Shown here piece after piece: positions 8,551 through 17,454 of a stretch of DNA of 32,635 nt (position 1 is the stretch's first letter; the number at the start of each line of letters is the position of its first letter). Source of the stretch: a virus (taxonomy: Duplodnaviria; Heunggongvirae; Uroviricota; Caudoviricetes); IMG/VR virus record IMGVR_UViG_2627853795_000005, positions 1-32,635 of that record. One strand, 5' to 3'. The translations under genes were made by a program, and so were the position numbers. The notes below the pieces were generated by a model, which saw nothing but the letters and a program-made list of their open reading frames with translations, was not told where the DNA came from and searched no databases.

Positions 8551-9510
8551 ATGAAAATTTACATCGACGACGGCTCCACCAACATCAAGCTGGCATGGAC
8601 TGAGAACGGCGAACGCCGCAACGCCATCAGCCCGAACAGCTTCAAGTCGGAATGGTCTGCGCCGTTCGGTGGCTCGCAGCCTGCTAACTACATGCTTGAT
8701 GGCGTGCGCTATGGTTTTGATCCGGTCAGCGATCGCTTTGTCCAGACGACCGACACGCAATACCAGTACAGCGATGTGAATGTCATTGCCATTCATCACG
8801 CGCTGGTCAAATCAGACATCACGCCACAGGAAGTGGATGTGGTTGTTACCCTGCCACTGAGCGAATATTTCGACACAAACGCACAGCCGGACATGGCCAA
8901 CATCAACCGCAAAAAAGCGAACGTCATGCGCCCGGTGGAGTACCAGAACGGCGAAGCATTCACTATCCGTAACGTACGGGTTATGCCTGAATCCATTCCG
9001 GCTGGCTTTAAAGCACTGGCTGACATGAGTCCGTTTGAATCCCTGCTGATTGTGGATTTGGGCGGAACCACGCTGGATGTGGCAAAGGTTCAGGGGCAAC
9101 TGGCAGGTATCAGCCAGGTGTTTTGCGATCCACACGTAGGCGTTTCTCTTATGGCCGATGCCGTACTGTCGGTGATGGCCACTAACGGTATGCGCACCAG
9201 TCACCACATCGCCAATACCATTATCGAACATCGCCATAATGAAGCCTGGCTGCGCCAGCACATCCACAATGACGCGCATTACGCCAGCCTGATGGCGGTT
9301 ATTCGTGAAAAGGAAGAAACACTGAAACAACGCGTGATCCGCGCGCTGGCGGTTTTTTCGGGTTACGGGCGGGTGATGGTTGTCGGTGGCGGGGCGGAGA
9401 TTGTGGCACCCGCTATCCGCGAAGCCTGCGGAGTTAATGCGACTTTCATCGCGGACGGGGTGCCACAGTTTGCTCTGGTTAATGGGCTGTACGCAATGGA
9501 CAAGGAGTAA
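8551..9510 (+). CDS. parM: ParM/StbA-like actin-type segregation ATPase
   Basis: N-terminal IDDGSTNIKL motif, ISPNSF, QYSDVNV..HHAL, MPESIPAG, DLGGTTLD, GGGAE and LVNG blocks co-linear with recalled plasmid R1 ParM; AAGGAAAA RBS. Confidence 0.8.
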   Translation: MKIYIDDGSTNIKLAWTENGERRNAISPNSFKSEWSAPFGGSQPANYMLDGVRYGFDPVSDRFVQTTDTQYQYSDVNVIAIHHALVKSDITPQEVDVVVTLPLSEYFDTNAQPDMANINRKKANVMRPVEYQNGEAFTIRNVRVMPESIPAGFKALADMSPFESLLIVDLGGTTLDVAKVQGQLAGISQVFCDPHVGVSLMADAVLSVMATNGMRTSHHIANTIIEHRHNEAWLRQHIHNDAHYASLMAVIREKEETLKQRVIRALAVFSGYGRVMVVGGGAEIVAPAIREACGVNATFIADGVPQFALVNGLYAMDKE

Positions 9511-9514
9511 ACCA

Positions 9515-9826
9515 ATGACGACACCAACCAGACGGATAAGTTTCTATCTGAAGCCCGCCGCCGTCAAGAACGAAGGAGAAGCATGCGCCTGGCTGGACAG
9601 CCTTACACCAGAAGCCCGCAAAAGCGGCCAACGCGTGGCTTTTCTGGCCGGGCTGGCACTTCTGAAGACGAATCCGGCAGAGGCTTACCGACTGGCCGCA
9701 TGGGCTGATGATGAGATGTTACCTGTGACACAAATCAGCTCAAAAAAGTTTGAAGCACAGTCTGCACCAGTGGCTAAGATAACCAGCCAGATGGCTGGGA
9801 ATATCCGGGCGTTATTTCCTGAGTAA
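9515..9826 (+). CDS. parR: ParR-like adaptor / DNA-binding protein
   Basis: Directly downstream of parM (5-bp gap) with AAGGAG RBS; N-terminus RRISFYLKP and AFLAGLAL, C-terminal IRALFPE resemble recalled R1 ParR blocks; size about 100 aa. Confidence 0.6.
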   Translation: MTTPTRRISFYLKPAAVKNEGEACAWLDSLTPEARKSGQRVAFLAGLALLKTNPAEAYRLAAWADDEMLPVTQISSKKFEAQSAPVAKITSQMAGNIRALFPE

Positions 9827-9946
9827 AAGCATCTGCGCGAAAAATGCTCACGTTTATAGAGACAGTATCATTCCATTTGGCACACTTACTTCAATAATCG
9901 ATCTGTTAAACAAATAGATTGTCTATTATCTATCGATTAAAACGAT

Positions 9947-10011
9947 CAATTATCTTGACAGTAATGTGCCTTTTTGTAAGATCGTTCGCATTGTGAGCGA
10001 CAAGATAATTG
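9947..10011 (+). promoter_or_regulatory. Candidate sigma70 promoter bracketed by a perfect 11-bp inverted repeat (putative operators)
   Basis: TTGACA at 9955-9960 with TAAGAT about 16 bp downstream; CAATTATCTTG at 9947-9957 and its reverse complement CAAGATAATTG at 10001-10011. Confidence 0.45.
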
Positions 10012-10088
10012 CGCGGCATTGTCCATGCAAAACGCCCCAATAGCAGCAACTATTGGGGCGTAAAACTCGGTCGGACTCACTTAACCTG

Positions 10089-10174
10089 ATATGCGTGCCT
10101 TCCGAAGTAAATCAAAATGTGCGTCGTATATTTTATTGCTTACACGCACCTCTGTAAAGGCACGCATATTTTTC
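10089..10174 (+). promoter_or_regulatory. Long leader stem-loop (13-bp perfect inverted repeat) followed by a T-run, immediately upstream of the RBS of ORF 10191: candidate attenuator or cis-regulatory RNA
   Basis: ATATGCGTGCCTT at 10089-10101 pairs with AAGGCACGCATAT at 10157-10169, then TTTT; nested 6-bp inverted repeat gtgcgt/acgcac inside. Confidence 0.4.
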
Positions 10175-10190
10175 CTATGAGGTAAATAAA

Positions 10191-10460
10191 GTGCGGGCTA
10201 AAACAGGTATTTGCAAGAACCCTCATCGTTATAATCCAACATTTCTGTCTCTCCCTGAATATCAAGGACAAGAAGGTCGGCACAAATGCGCTGCCTGTGC
10301 TTTTGAGCTAGGCATAAAAGATGCGCTTGAAGGACGCGCTATGGCTCAGAATGATTTAGTTTTAGCTAACATTCCGTTTAGCCAGGCTGGAACTGTAAGG
10401 CACAGAGATGCCTATGAAGCATATGTTCGTGGTTGGCGATTAATAAACAGCAACAATTGA
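10191..10460 (+). CDS. Small Cys/His-containing protein of unknown function (hotspot cargo)
   Basis: 89-aa ORF with GTG start and GAGGT RBS 8 nt upstream; motif CKNPHRY...RHKCAACAFELG suggests possible metal binding; a strong intrinsic terminator follows the stop. Confidence 0.55.
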   Translation: MRAKTGICKNPHRYNPTFLSLPEYQGQEGRHKCAACAFELGIKDALEGRAMAQNDLVLANIPFSQAGTVRHRDAYEAYVRGWRLINSNN

Positions 10461-10468
10461 TACTTTTG

Positions 10469-10492
10469 AAGCGCCGATAAGGCGCTTTTTTT
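10469..10492 (+). terminator. Rho-independent terminator after ORF 10191..10460
   Basis: aagcgcc-gataa-ggcgctt stem-loop followed by a T7 run. Confidence 0.8.
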
Positions 10493-10493
10493 G

Positions 10494-10660
10494 TTTGCAC
10501 GATAGTGCACAAGTTTGCACAATTTTTTTGAACGACTTTTTGTACTTCCGGCCCGCGTGGTGGCTGGATCCGTCAAGGATCCGTACGTGCACAAAAAAAC
10601 GCGTTTTTTCTGCGCGCAGGTGACGGGGGAACAGCCCGCGTTTCAGAGGGTAAATAGCAT
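10494..10660. other. Candidate cos region (terminase recognition and cohesive-end site)
   Basis: Non-coding stretch downstream of Q with TTTGCAC x2, GGATCCGT x2, GTGCAC x2 and a 16-bp perfect palindrome AAAAAACGCGTTTTTT (10594-10609); GGTGACGGGGGAACAGCCC (10619-10637) loosely resembles the recalled P2/186 cohesive end (GGCGAGGCGGGGAAAGCAC). Exact cut sites not determinable. Confidence 0.35.
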
Positions 10661-10896
10661 CCCCTGAACGATGTCGCAGCGACACAACAGAATGGCTGTA
10701 TTTCTCACGCTGAGCGTGAAAAAGACGTGAGGGCTTTTGATTTGATGGGGTGGAAAATAAGGCCGTCAAAATCGCACTGAGGCGGCGAGAACATGCAGTC
10801 AGCGCAGTGGGATTGCGTAAGAGTCTGACCATCGATGATGGCAATAAGCAGGAAAGCGTCGTGAAATTATCTGATTGATACAGGAGCTGGAGAGTC

Positions 10897-10919
10897 GGGG
10901 CATAAATTTTTTATGCCCC
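10897..10919 (-). terminator. Perfect 10-bp-stem palindrome downstream of Q (possible terminator of the P-Q operon or packaging-related element)
   Basis: ggggcataaa-ttt-tttatgcccc, 27 bp beyond the Q stop codon. Confidence 0.3.
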
Positions 10920-10946
10920 GGCGAAGCAGCAGACAAGCGAAGCGCG

Positions 10947-11993
10947 TCAGGATGTGGGCTGGGTGTCTAACAGTGCGTAAGGGTTAAAGCGGATCACCTC
11001 TTCGCCAAGCCAGTCATTGATGTGCTTCATGGCCTCCATGACGGGCATCAGCTCGTTAATTGCGTAAACCCGCGCGGCCTTCTCCACATCACCAAACGCA
11101 CTTTTTTCACCCGGCATCGCCCCCATCAGTTGCGGCGGAACGCGGTGCGCAGCCAGCACATCATCACGGGATGCCGCCTTAACATTCATGAACTCATCCT
11201 TTGCGGTGATCTGCTGGAACGGCAAAATTTGCACCCCCTCTTTGCCCCCGTTGGGCGCATGAATGAGCACGTTTTTAAACGCACCACCACCACGTGCCCC
11301 CTGTAGCGTTTCTTTCAGGGAGTCCATGCTTTCGCGGTTTACCTGCGCTGCACCGATGTAGATGATGCACCCGGCGTGGGATCCGTTGTCGTAATACAGT
11401 TTTCTGAACATGTCCGCCGAATGAGACAGGCTGGCCGAGAGTAATGCGCCAAGATATTCCGGCATGCCGTAGATTTCCTGGTTAATATCCGGATTCATCA
11501 GGTGGCACACTTTGCCAGGGCGAAACTGGAACGCGTCCTTGCCATCCTGCACATACCACCATGATTCAAGATCGCTTCCGCGTCGCATGTATTTCGCCAG
11601 GGCGTGCCGTAATTTAAGCGGTTCACCGAGCATATTGCTTCGAAGCTCAAGGAATGCGTTACCGAACACAAACCAGTCCAGCGCCAGCGCCGAGAAATCC
11701 TGCCGGGAAAGCAGCGGGTGCGGAATATAGCAACCGAGCAATACATTGCGCTTAAAGTAAAGCGCAGACTGATGCCAGGACGTTTGCCGGGCAGCTCTTG
11801 CCAGACCGTACCAGTCCACCGGGGTTTCATACCACCGCCCGTTATCAGCACAGTACATATTGTCCAGCAGGTCATGCCCGGTCAGGCGATAAGGACCATC
11901 AAATGTGAATGCACTGAGCGATGATTCTTTCCTGAGCGCATCAGCGAGATCAATGCGTGAACTCATGCGCACTTTTTTATTTTTTCTGCTCAT
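10947..11993 (-). CDS. Q: Portal protein gpQ
   Basis: 348-aa ORF, size and position (between cos and terminase, leftward) as for P2 gpQ; start overlaps the P stop. Confidence 0.85.
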   Translation of the reverse strand: MSRKNKKVRMSSRIDLADALRKESSLSAFTFDGPYRLTGHDLLDNMYCADNGRWYETPVDWYGLARAARQTSWHQSALYFKRNVLLGCYIPHPLLSRQDFSALALDWFVFGNAFLELRSNMLGEPLKLRHALAKYMRRGSDLESWWYVQDGKDAFQFRPGKVCHLMNPDINQEIYGMPEYLGALLSASLSHSADMFRKLYYDNGSHAGCIIYIGAAQVNRESMDSLKETLQGARGGGAFKNVLIHAPNGGKEGVQILPFQQITAKDEFMNVKAASRDDVLAAHRVPPQLMGAMPGEKSAFGDVEKAARVYAINELMPVMEAMKHINDWLGEEVIRFNPYALLDTQPTS

Positions 11994-13744
11994 CAGAACT
12001 CCATAACCGTGAAACGCTCGTTTTCTCCTTCGCCGCCAATCGGTTCGTTAATGACAGCAAGCATGGTCGCCCACGCAAGGTCGCCGTGGCTGATCCCCCT
12101 CGCGCGGTCCGTTTCGTAAGTGATAAAGCCGCCCGGTGTTTTCACCTTACGCACGGCGTTAAAGGCCGCGACCAGTTCGCGTTCGGCGCGATCGTATTCC
12201 CACCGCCCGGCACGCATTATTTGCAGCATTTTCAGTACCAGCGACCGTTTTGATGACAGCGTGAAGGTGTACGGAATAGCAGCAGGGAAAAACCGTTTCA
12301 CTATCTGATAAACAGCCTCCCCGTTCCCGCCCGTCACATCAATGCCGATGTGTTCCACGTTGTAGCGACACGTGAACTCTTCAATGACTCTGGCCTGTTC
12401 TTCAAACTCCAGCCCCTGAACGCGTCGCGTCTCCACCGTTCGAAAACGGCCACCAGGAACAGCCGGAGGAACCACCACGGACACCGCGCCGCTGTCGCCG
12501 TTGCCACTGCTGCCGTTTGCGTCATACCCAATCCATACCGGACGATTTCCCATCGGACGGGGAGCAAAAGGTTTCCAGTCTTTCCAGTCGTCGTATCCGT
12601 CAACGCCGCAGCCAATCAGGATATTCAGGTTAAATGCCGATTCCCCTTCGCGGACAAACTCACACATGTAGAGATTGAGGAACTCGTCTTCGGTGTTTTC
12701 ATCGCGGATTTCGTCAATATCGGTGTGTTTCCAGCCGTGATTAACCACATCTTCCAGCGTGACAATCTGCCGCCATGTCCGGTCAGGGCAGATAAGTCCG
12801 TTATGCAGCGTTTTCCAGTCCACAGAAAAACGCTGGCGTTTATGCGAGGCCTTTTTCTCGTTCCAGCGGTCGCCGTTCCAGTAGGCGTATGCCTCGTGCG
12901 TTTCGGTGGATGGCGTGGAGAAGTAGGTGCGCCGCAGTCCGCTGAGGGTTGCCATAGCGCCAGCCACCTTACGCAGTTCAGCAAAGCGACTGACCCAGAA
13001 AAATTCATCAAAATAAAAATTGCCCGTATAGGACTGTGCCGACGCAGCAGAAGTGCCGAGAAAATGCAGCTCTGCGCCGTTGGAGAGGATGATTTTATCG
13101 CCCCCTTTCAGCTCCACATCAACTTCAGCCGCGGCCTTCTGAATAATGCTTTTAAACTGGAACGCCTGACGACGCGACGCAGACAAAAAAATCTGGTTAC
13201 GCTGGTAAGGTTGCGCCACATCGTCACGCAGCGCCATCAGCAGAGCTTCCTGTGCAAAATACCAGGTCGCCCCAATCTGTCGGGATTTCAGGATCATCCT
13301 GTTACGTATCCCGGCTTCCCTGCAAAGGGTCAGGGAGTCAAACCAGCCCCGCTGATGCCACTCCAGCCTGCTGATGATTTTTTCCCGCAGTGCGGCAATC
13401 TGTTCCGGCGTGAAATGATTTTTGAGTTTTTTCGCCCGGCCTTTCTTTCCTGCGGCCATCACATCCGGCTGACCATCATGCAGCTTTTTAAGCTGCCGGG
13501 TCAGCAGGTCTATTTCCTTAAAGTCACCGCCTGTTTTATTCTGTTTTTCAGTAAGCTGGATGAGGCGCGCATCGATGGACTGCGTGACACGCTGCACGGG
13601 TGGCGTTTCATCCCACTGGTCGCGTTTTTTCCACGCATAAATCGTGTTCGGGTTTATTCCCATCAGACGTGATATTTCTGCGGGCGGATAACCCTGCCAG
13701 TAAAGTTGCCGCGCACGCTGGCGCACAAAAGCGTCCTGAATCAT
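11993..13744 (-). CDS. P: Terminase large (ATPase) subunit gpP
   Basis: 583-aa ORF; N-terminal ...QLYWQGYPPAEISRLMGINPNTIYAWKKRDQWDE matches recalled P2 gpP; divergent from O. Confidence 0.9.
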   Translation of the reverse strand: MIQDAFVRQRARQLYWQGYPPAEISRLMGINPNTIYAWKKRDQWDETPPVQRVTQSIDARLIQLTEKQNKTGGDFKEIDLLTRQLKKLHDGQPDVMAAGKKGRAKKLKNHFTPEQIAALREKIISRLEWHQRGWFDSLTLCREAGIRNRMILKSRQIGATWYFAQEALLMALRDDVAQPYQRNQIFLSASRRQAFQFKSIIQKAAAEVDVELKGGDKIILSNGAELHFLGTSAASAQSYTGNFYFDEFFWVSRFAELRKVAGAMATLSGLRRTYFSTPSTETHEAYAYWNGDRWNEKKASHKRQRFSVDWKTLHNGLICPDRTWRQIVTLEDVVNHGWKHTDIDEIRDENTEDEFLNLYMCEFVREGESAFNLNILIGCGVDGYDDWKDWKPFAPRPMGNRPVWIGYDANGSSGNGDSGAVSVVVPPAVPGGRFRTVETRRVQGLEFEEQARVIEEFTCRYNVEHIGIDVTGGNGEAVYQIVKRFFPAAIPYTFTLSSKRSLVLKMLQIMRAGRWEYDRAERELVAAFNAVRKVKTPGGFITYETDRARGISHGDLAWATMLAVINEPIGGEGENERFTVMEF

Positions 13745-13898
13745 TGCTCCCCCTGAGTAATTACAGGAAGATTACCCGCGCGCGAAACCGTTCTCCTTAA
13801 CCCCCTGTTCTGGCCGTTTTCTTACAACAAAAGCCCTTTGTATCAGCCTGTTACGCTTTGCCATCATGACTGAAGAACCAGTCAGAGGGGCAAAAACT
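13745..13898. promoter_or_regulatory. Divergent late promoter region between P (-) and O (+)
   Basis: 154-bp intergenic region between divergent operons, by analogy to P2 PP/PO. I searched for TGT-N12-ACA at correct spacing and did not find it. Confidence 0.4.
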
Positions 13899-14735
13899 AT
13901 GGCTAATGAAAAAAAGACATCCCGCAAAAAGTTTCGCGTGGCTGTCTCCGGATCAACTGTTGATGGCCGCGAAATCAGTCCGGTGCATCTGCGTGAAGCC
14001 GCCGAGAACTTCAACCCGGATGTTTACGCTGCCCGCGTGAACGTTGAGCACTATCTCTCGCCATGCCCGTCAAGCGAATTTTCCGCAATGGGCGATGTCA
14101 CCGCACTGAGTACGGAAGACATTACGGAAGGTCCGCTGGCCGGACGTACTGCGCTGTATGCAGAAATCGAACCGACCGAGCGCATGAAGCAGCTTGTCGC
14201 GGACGGCAAGAAAATCTATTCCAGTATCGAACTGCACCCGCAGTTCTCCGTTAACGGGCGCGCCTATCTGGTCGGGCTGGCGATGACCGACACCCCGGCA
14301 AGCCTGGGCACTGAGCGCCTGAAATTCACGGCACAGCAACGTCAGGCGGTGATGACGTTCAACAGTGTCCAGGGTGAAGCACCGCTCATTTCCGAAGCCA
14401 TCGAGTCTGAAATCATCGAAATGGCAGAACAACGCCAGGAAGAAGGCACCCAGTGGTTTAACCGCGTAATGGGGATTATTGGTCGTGGCCGCAAAGCGGA
14501 TGACGCCAGTTTCTCCCGTATTCAGGAAGCGGTGGAAGGCGTCGCAACGTCACAGGCCGACATTATCGACCGTTTTAATGTGCTGGAAACCCGCCATCAG
14601 CAGGACCGCCAGAAAATCACGTCACTGACCACAGAGCTGACAGCACTGAAGGAAAAACTGCGCACGCAGGACGGCGATCCGCAGAACCGCTTCACCGCAA
14701 CGGGCGCAGCCTCCGACCAGCTGGCTGACTTCTGA
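13899..14735 (+). CDS. O: Capsid scaffolding protein gpO
   Basis: FRVAVSGSTVDGREISPVHLREAAENFNP and AYLVGLAMTDTPASLGTE blocks match recalled gpO; start placed at MANEKK ATG with AGAGGGG RBS (ORF track starts 33 nt earlier). Confidence 0.85.
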   Translation: MANEKKTSRKKFRVAVSGSTVDGREISPVHLREAAENFNPDVYAARVNVEHYLSPCPSSEFSAMGDVTALSTEDITEGPLAGRTALYAEIEPTERMKQLVADGKKIYSSIELHPQFSVNGRAYLVGLAMTDTPASLGTERLKFTAQQRQAVMTFNSVQGEAPLISEAIESEIIEMAEQRQEEGTQWFNRVMGIIGRGRKADDASFSRIQEAVEGVATSQADIIDRFNVLETRHQQDRQKITSLTTELTALKEKLRTQDGDPQNRFTATGAASDQLADF

Positions 14736-14757
14736 TAAGACAAAGGAGCAAATTTTT

Positions 14758-15810
14758 ATGAATCTGGTGATGTCAGATATTACCCGCAACAAGCTGGGTT
14801 GCTATATGGCGCAGCAGGCGTCGCTTAACAATATCCCGGTATCTGCACTGGTATCGCGATTTACCGTGGAACCCTCGGTGCAGCAGCGTTTTGAAAACGC
14901 AGTAAAGGAGAGCACTGAATTTACAAAAAAAATTAACGTGTTCGGTGTGACTGACCAGAAAGGCGAAAAAATCCTCCTGGACACCACCGGGCCGATTGCG
15001 CGCACGAATACCAGTTATGACGGCACAAAACGCCGTAACCCGAATAACGTGGTTGATCTGAAAAACCGCAAATACCAGTGCGAACAGGTGAACTACGACA
15101 CGTTTATTTCGTATCCGCAGCTTGATGCCTGGGCGGCACACCCTGATTTTCAGTCCCGCGTCAGCACACAGATTGCCCGGCAGGTGGCGCTTGACCGCAT
15201 CATGATCGGTTTCAACGGCACGTCTCACGCGGATGAGTCCAACTTCAGCACTAACAAGCTGCTTCAGGACGTTAACGTGGGATGGCTGGAGCACATCAGA
15301 ACCGACGCCAGCGAGCGCGTTATGAATGATGTAACGCTGACCTCCCGCAACATGGACAACACCGTGGCGCACGCGGGTAAATATGCGAACGCTGATGCTC
15401 TGGTACAGGACGCGCGCTCATCCCTGCTGGATGAATGGCACAAGGAAGCTGACGACCTCGTGGTGATTATGGGGCGCAACCTGTTTAACTCGCTGCGTCT
15501 ACCCGTGCTGAACAGCATCAGCGGCCAGAATCCCAATGCGGAATTACTTGCCGGACAGCTCATCCTGTCATCGCGCGCCATTGGCGGGCTGGATGTATTC
15601 CTTGCGCCGTTCTTCCCGGATGCAACGATGCTGATCACCTCGTTCAACAACCTGTCAATTTACTGGCAGAAAGGAACAATGCGTCGCCTGATGAAAGACG
15701 AGCCGGAATACAACCGCATCGCCACCTACCAGTCCATCAATGACGCTTATGTCGTTGAAGACTATGGCAAGTGCGCGATGGTCACTGGCCTGAAGTTCGC
15801 CGACAGCTAA
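14758..15810 (+). CDS. N: Major capsid protein gpN
   Basis: 350 aa; RFTVEPSV, IGFNGTSHA, LQDVNVGWL, DDLVVIMGRNL, MLITSFNNLSIYW, DAYVVEDYG blocks match recalled P2 gpN; AAGGAG RBS. Confidence 0.9.
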   Translation: MNLVMSDITRNKLGCYMAQQASLNNIPVSALVSRFTVEPSVQQRFENAVKESTEFTKKINVFGVTDQKGEKILLDTTGPIARTNTSYDGTKRRNPNNVVDLKNRKYQCEQVNYDTFISYPQLDAWAAHPDFQSRVSTQIARQVALDRIMIGFNGTSHADESNFSTNKLLQDVNVGWLEHIRTDASERVMNDVTLTSRNMDNTVAHAGKYANADALVQDARSSLLDEWHKEADDLVVIMGRNLFNSLRLPVLNSISGQNPNAELLAGQLILSSRAIGGLDVFLAPFFPDATMLITSFNNLSIYWQKGTMRRLMKDEPEYNRIATYQSINDAYVVEDYGKCAMVTGLKFADS

Positions 15811-15855
15811 TCACCTCACGGCGGGCATCATGCCCGCCTGTAACGGAGAGAAAAA

Positions 15856-16656
15856 ATGATTACTCCTGCACAGCAACACTGGCAGAACGTGATGGCACAG
15901 CGCGCAGGCCGGGCGAATGAAGGCGTGGACCACGCCGCGCGTACCGCGCATGAAGAGGTGCTGTATCGTCTGCGTCTGGCACAGGCCCGGCTTAAGGGCG
16001 TACAGGCCAGAAGCGCGAAAGCCGCCATCAAAAAAGAGTTATTGCCGGACTTTTCCGGCTGGATTGAGGGAACGCTGGAGGCTGACGGCGGGCAGCAGGA
16101 TGAAGTGATTGCCACGCTGATGGTGTGGGCGATTGACTGCGGCGATCTTCCGCTGGCGCTGCGTATCGGCGCGTATGTGGTCCGCCACAACCTCATCATG
16201 CCGGATAACTTTGGACGTACTGCTGCCACGGTACTGACCGAAGAAATCTGTAATCCGGTACTGACGCAGGCCGGGACGGATGCCGACGCGGATTTGTCCG
16301 CCTTTATCGAACCACTGGACACCCTCCGGGAGATTGTCACCGACCAGGACATGCCGGACGAAGTGCGCGCCAAATTATGCAAAGCGTGCGCCTTTGCCCG
16401 CCGTGGCCTGACCGATGCGGACAGCATGGCCTCATCACTGAAGCTGCTGCGCGAAGCGATGCACCTGAACCCGAACGCAGGTGTGAAACGCGAGATTGCA
16501 ACCCTTTCCCGCGCCCTGAAAAAAGCCGATTCCGCAGCCGCACCAGAAGATGCCAGCACACCGCAGGCGCAGGACGAAAGCAGCAAAAGTAAAAAGACAA
16601 CGCGGAAGCCTGCAACACGAAAAACCACCGCGACGCAGAAGGCGAAGCGCGGTTAA
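15856..16656 (+). CDS. M: Terminase small / endonuclease subunit gpM
   Basis: 266 aa; MPDEVRAKLCK and AGVKREIATLSRALK blocks and lysine-rich tail match recalled gpM. Confidence 0.85.
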   Translation: MITPAQQHWQNVMAQRAGRANEGVDHAARTAHEEVLYRLRLAQARLKGVQARSAKAAIKKELLPDFSGWIEGTLEADGGQQDEVIATLMVWAIDCGDLPLALRIGAYVVRHNLIMPDNFGRTAATVLTEEICNPVLTQAGTDADADLSAFIEPLDTLREIVTDQDMPDEVRAKLCKACAFARRGLTDADSMASSLKLLREAMHLNPNAGVKREIATLSRALKKADSAAAPEDASTPQAQDESSKSKKTTRKPATRKTTATQKAKRG

Positions 16657-16757
16657 CGACTGACCCCGTCAGCGGGCGGCGTGCGCGGTGTTCCGGTCTG
16701 ACTCCGTGACCGTTTACACCGCGCACCCACCGCCCGATTTTTTCAGGAGTGAACCCC

Positions 16758-17252
16758 ATGAGTATGGTTGCCAGAACCAACCCCGGACCCGCAGAGGACG
16801 ACATCACCGATACCGATGATGGTGATACCCGTATTTCAGCAGGTGCATTCTGGCCGGATATTGTGCTGCGTGAGCTGCGTCTGGCGGTACGACTGCCGGG
16901 GCGCGTGACCACCTCCCGCCTGCTGCATACCGCCACCGGGGCCGTGGCACACGTTACCCGCGAGCTGGAAGCGTGGCAGCAGGAACAGCAGGCGGCTGGC
17001 CATCAGACGCTGGCCGATGTTCCGGCACCCGTAATTAACGGAGAAAGCGTCAATCTCTGGCACTGGCGCAATGCGGTTTACACCGCCACACGCGCCCTGA
17101 TTCTGGAGCGTTACCGCGATGCGGACACAACGGACAAGGGCGACCGCCGGGCGGACGCACTGGATATACAGACATCGGATTTGTGGCGCGATGTGAGCTG
17201 GGCCATCTCTGACATTCTGTGCCGCCCGCGAATCTTTGCGGAGTTGTGCTGA
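16758..17252 (+). CDS. L: Head completion / stabilisation protein gpL
   Basis: Size and synteny; ATG at 16758 follows CAGGAG RBS. Confidence 0.8.
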   Translation: MSMVARTNPGPAEDDITDTDDGDTRISAGAFWPDIVLRELRLAVRLPGRVTTSRLLHTATGAVAHVTRELEAWQQEQQAAGHQTLADVPAPVINGESVNLWHWRNAVYTATRALILERYRDADTTDKGDRRADALDIQTSDLWRDVSWAISDILCRPRIFAELC

Positions 17253-17452
17253 TGAAAGTGAAGGCACTGGAAGGCGACACCGTGGATTCGCTCTGTTTCC
17301 GGTACTACGGCACGACGCAGGGCGTCACCGAAAAGGTGCTGGATGCCAACCCCGGACTCTGTCAGCAGGTATTTCTGGACGCCGGGCAGGAGGTGGAGAT
17401 GCCGGAGCCGGAGAAGAAGAAACGAGAAATGATTCAGTTGTGGGGGGAGTAG
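17252..17452 (+). CDS. X: Tail protein gpX
   Basis: 66 aa; MKVKALEGDTVDSLCFRYYGTTQGVTEKVLDANPGL and C-terminal NLWGE-like tail match recalled P2 gpX; ATGA overlap with L stop. Confidence 0.85.
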   Translation: MKVKALEGDTVDSLCFRYYGTTQGVTEKVLDANPGLCQQVFLDAGQEVEMPEPEKKKREMIQLWGE

Positions 17453-17454
17453 CA

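Noticed and set aside
9830-10190. LexA (SOS) box controlling a Tum-like antirepressor, as in phage 186
   Set aside because: No CTGT-N8-ACAG motif found in the promoter region; the inverted repeats present have a different sequence.
10412-10844. 60-aa and 134-aa minus-strand ORFs in the cos region
   Set aside because: No RBS, overlap the terminator and repeat-rich packaging region; the region is better explained as non-coding cos.
12350-13672. 440-aa ORF on the + strand
   Set aside because: Antisense to the terminase large-subunit gene P, which has clear homology; shadow ORF.
13745-13898. Ogr-type late promoter consensus (TGT-N12-ACA)
   Set aside because: Only ACA-N12-TGT and TGT-N12-TCA arrangements found by eye; no exact consensus, so no specific activator site is claimed.
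15828-16628. 266-aa ORF on the minus strand
   Set aside because: Antisense to gpM (terminase small subunit); Ser/Ala/Arg-rich junk translation.
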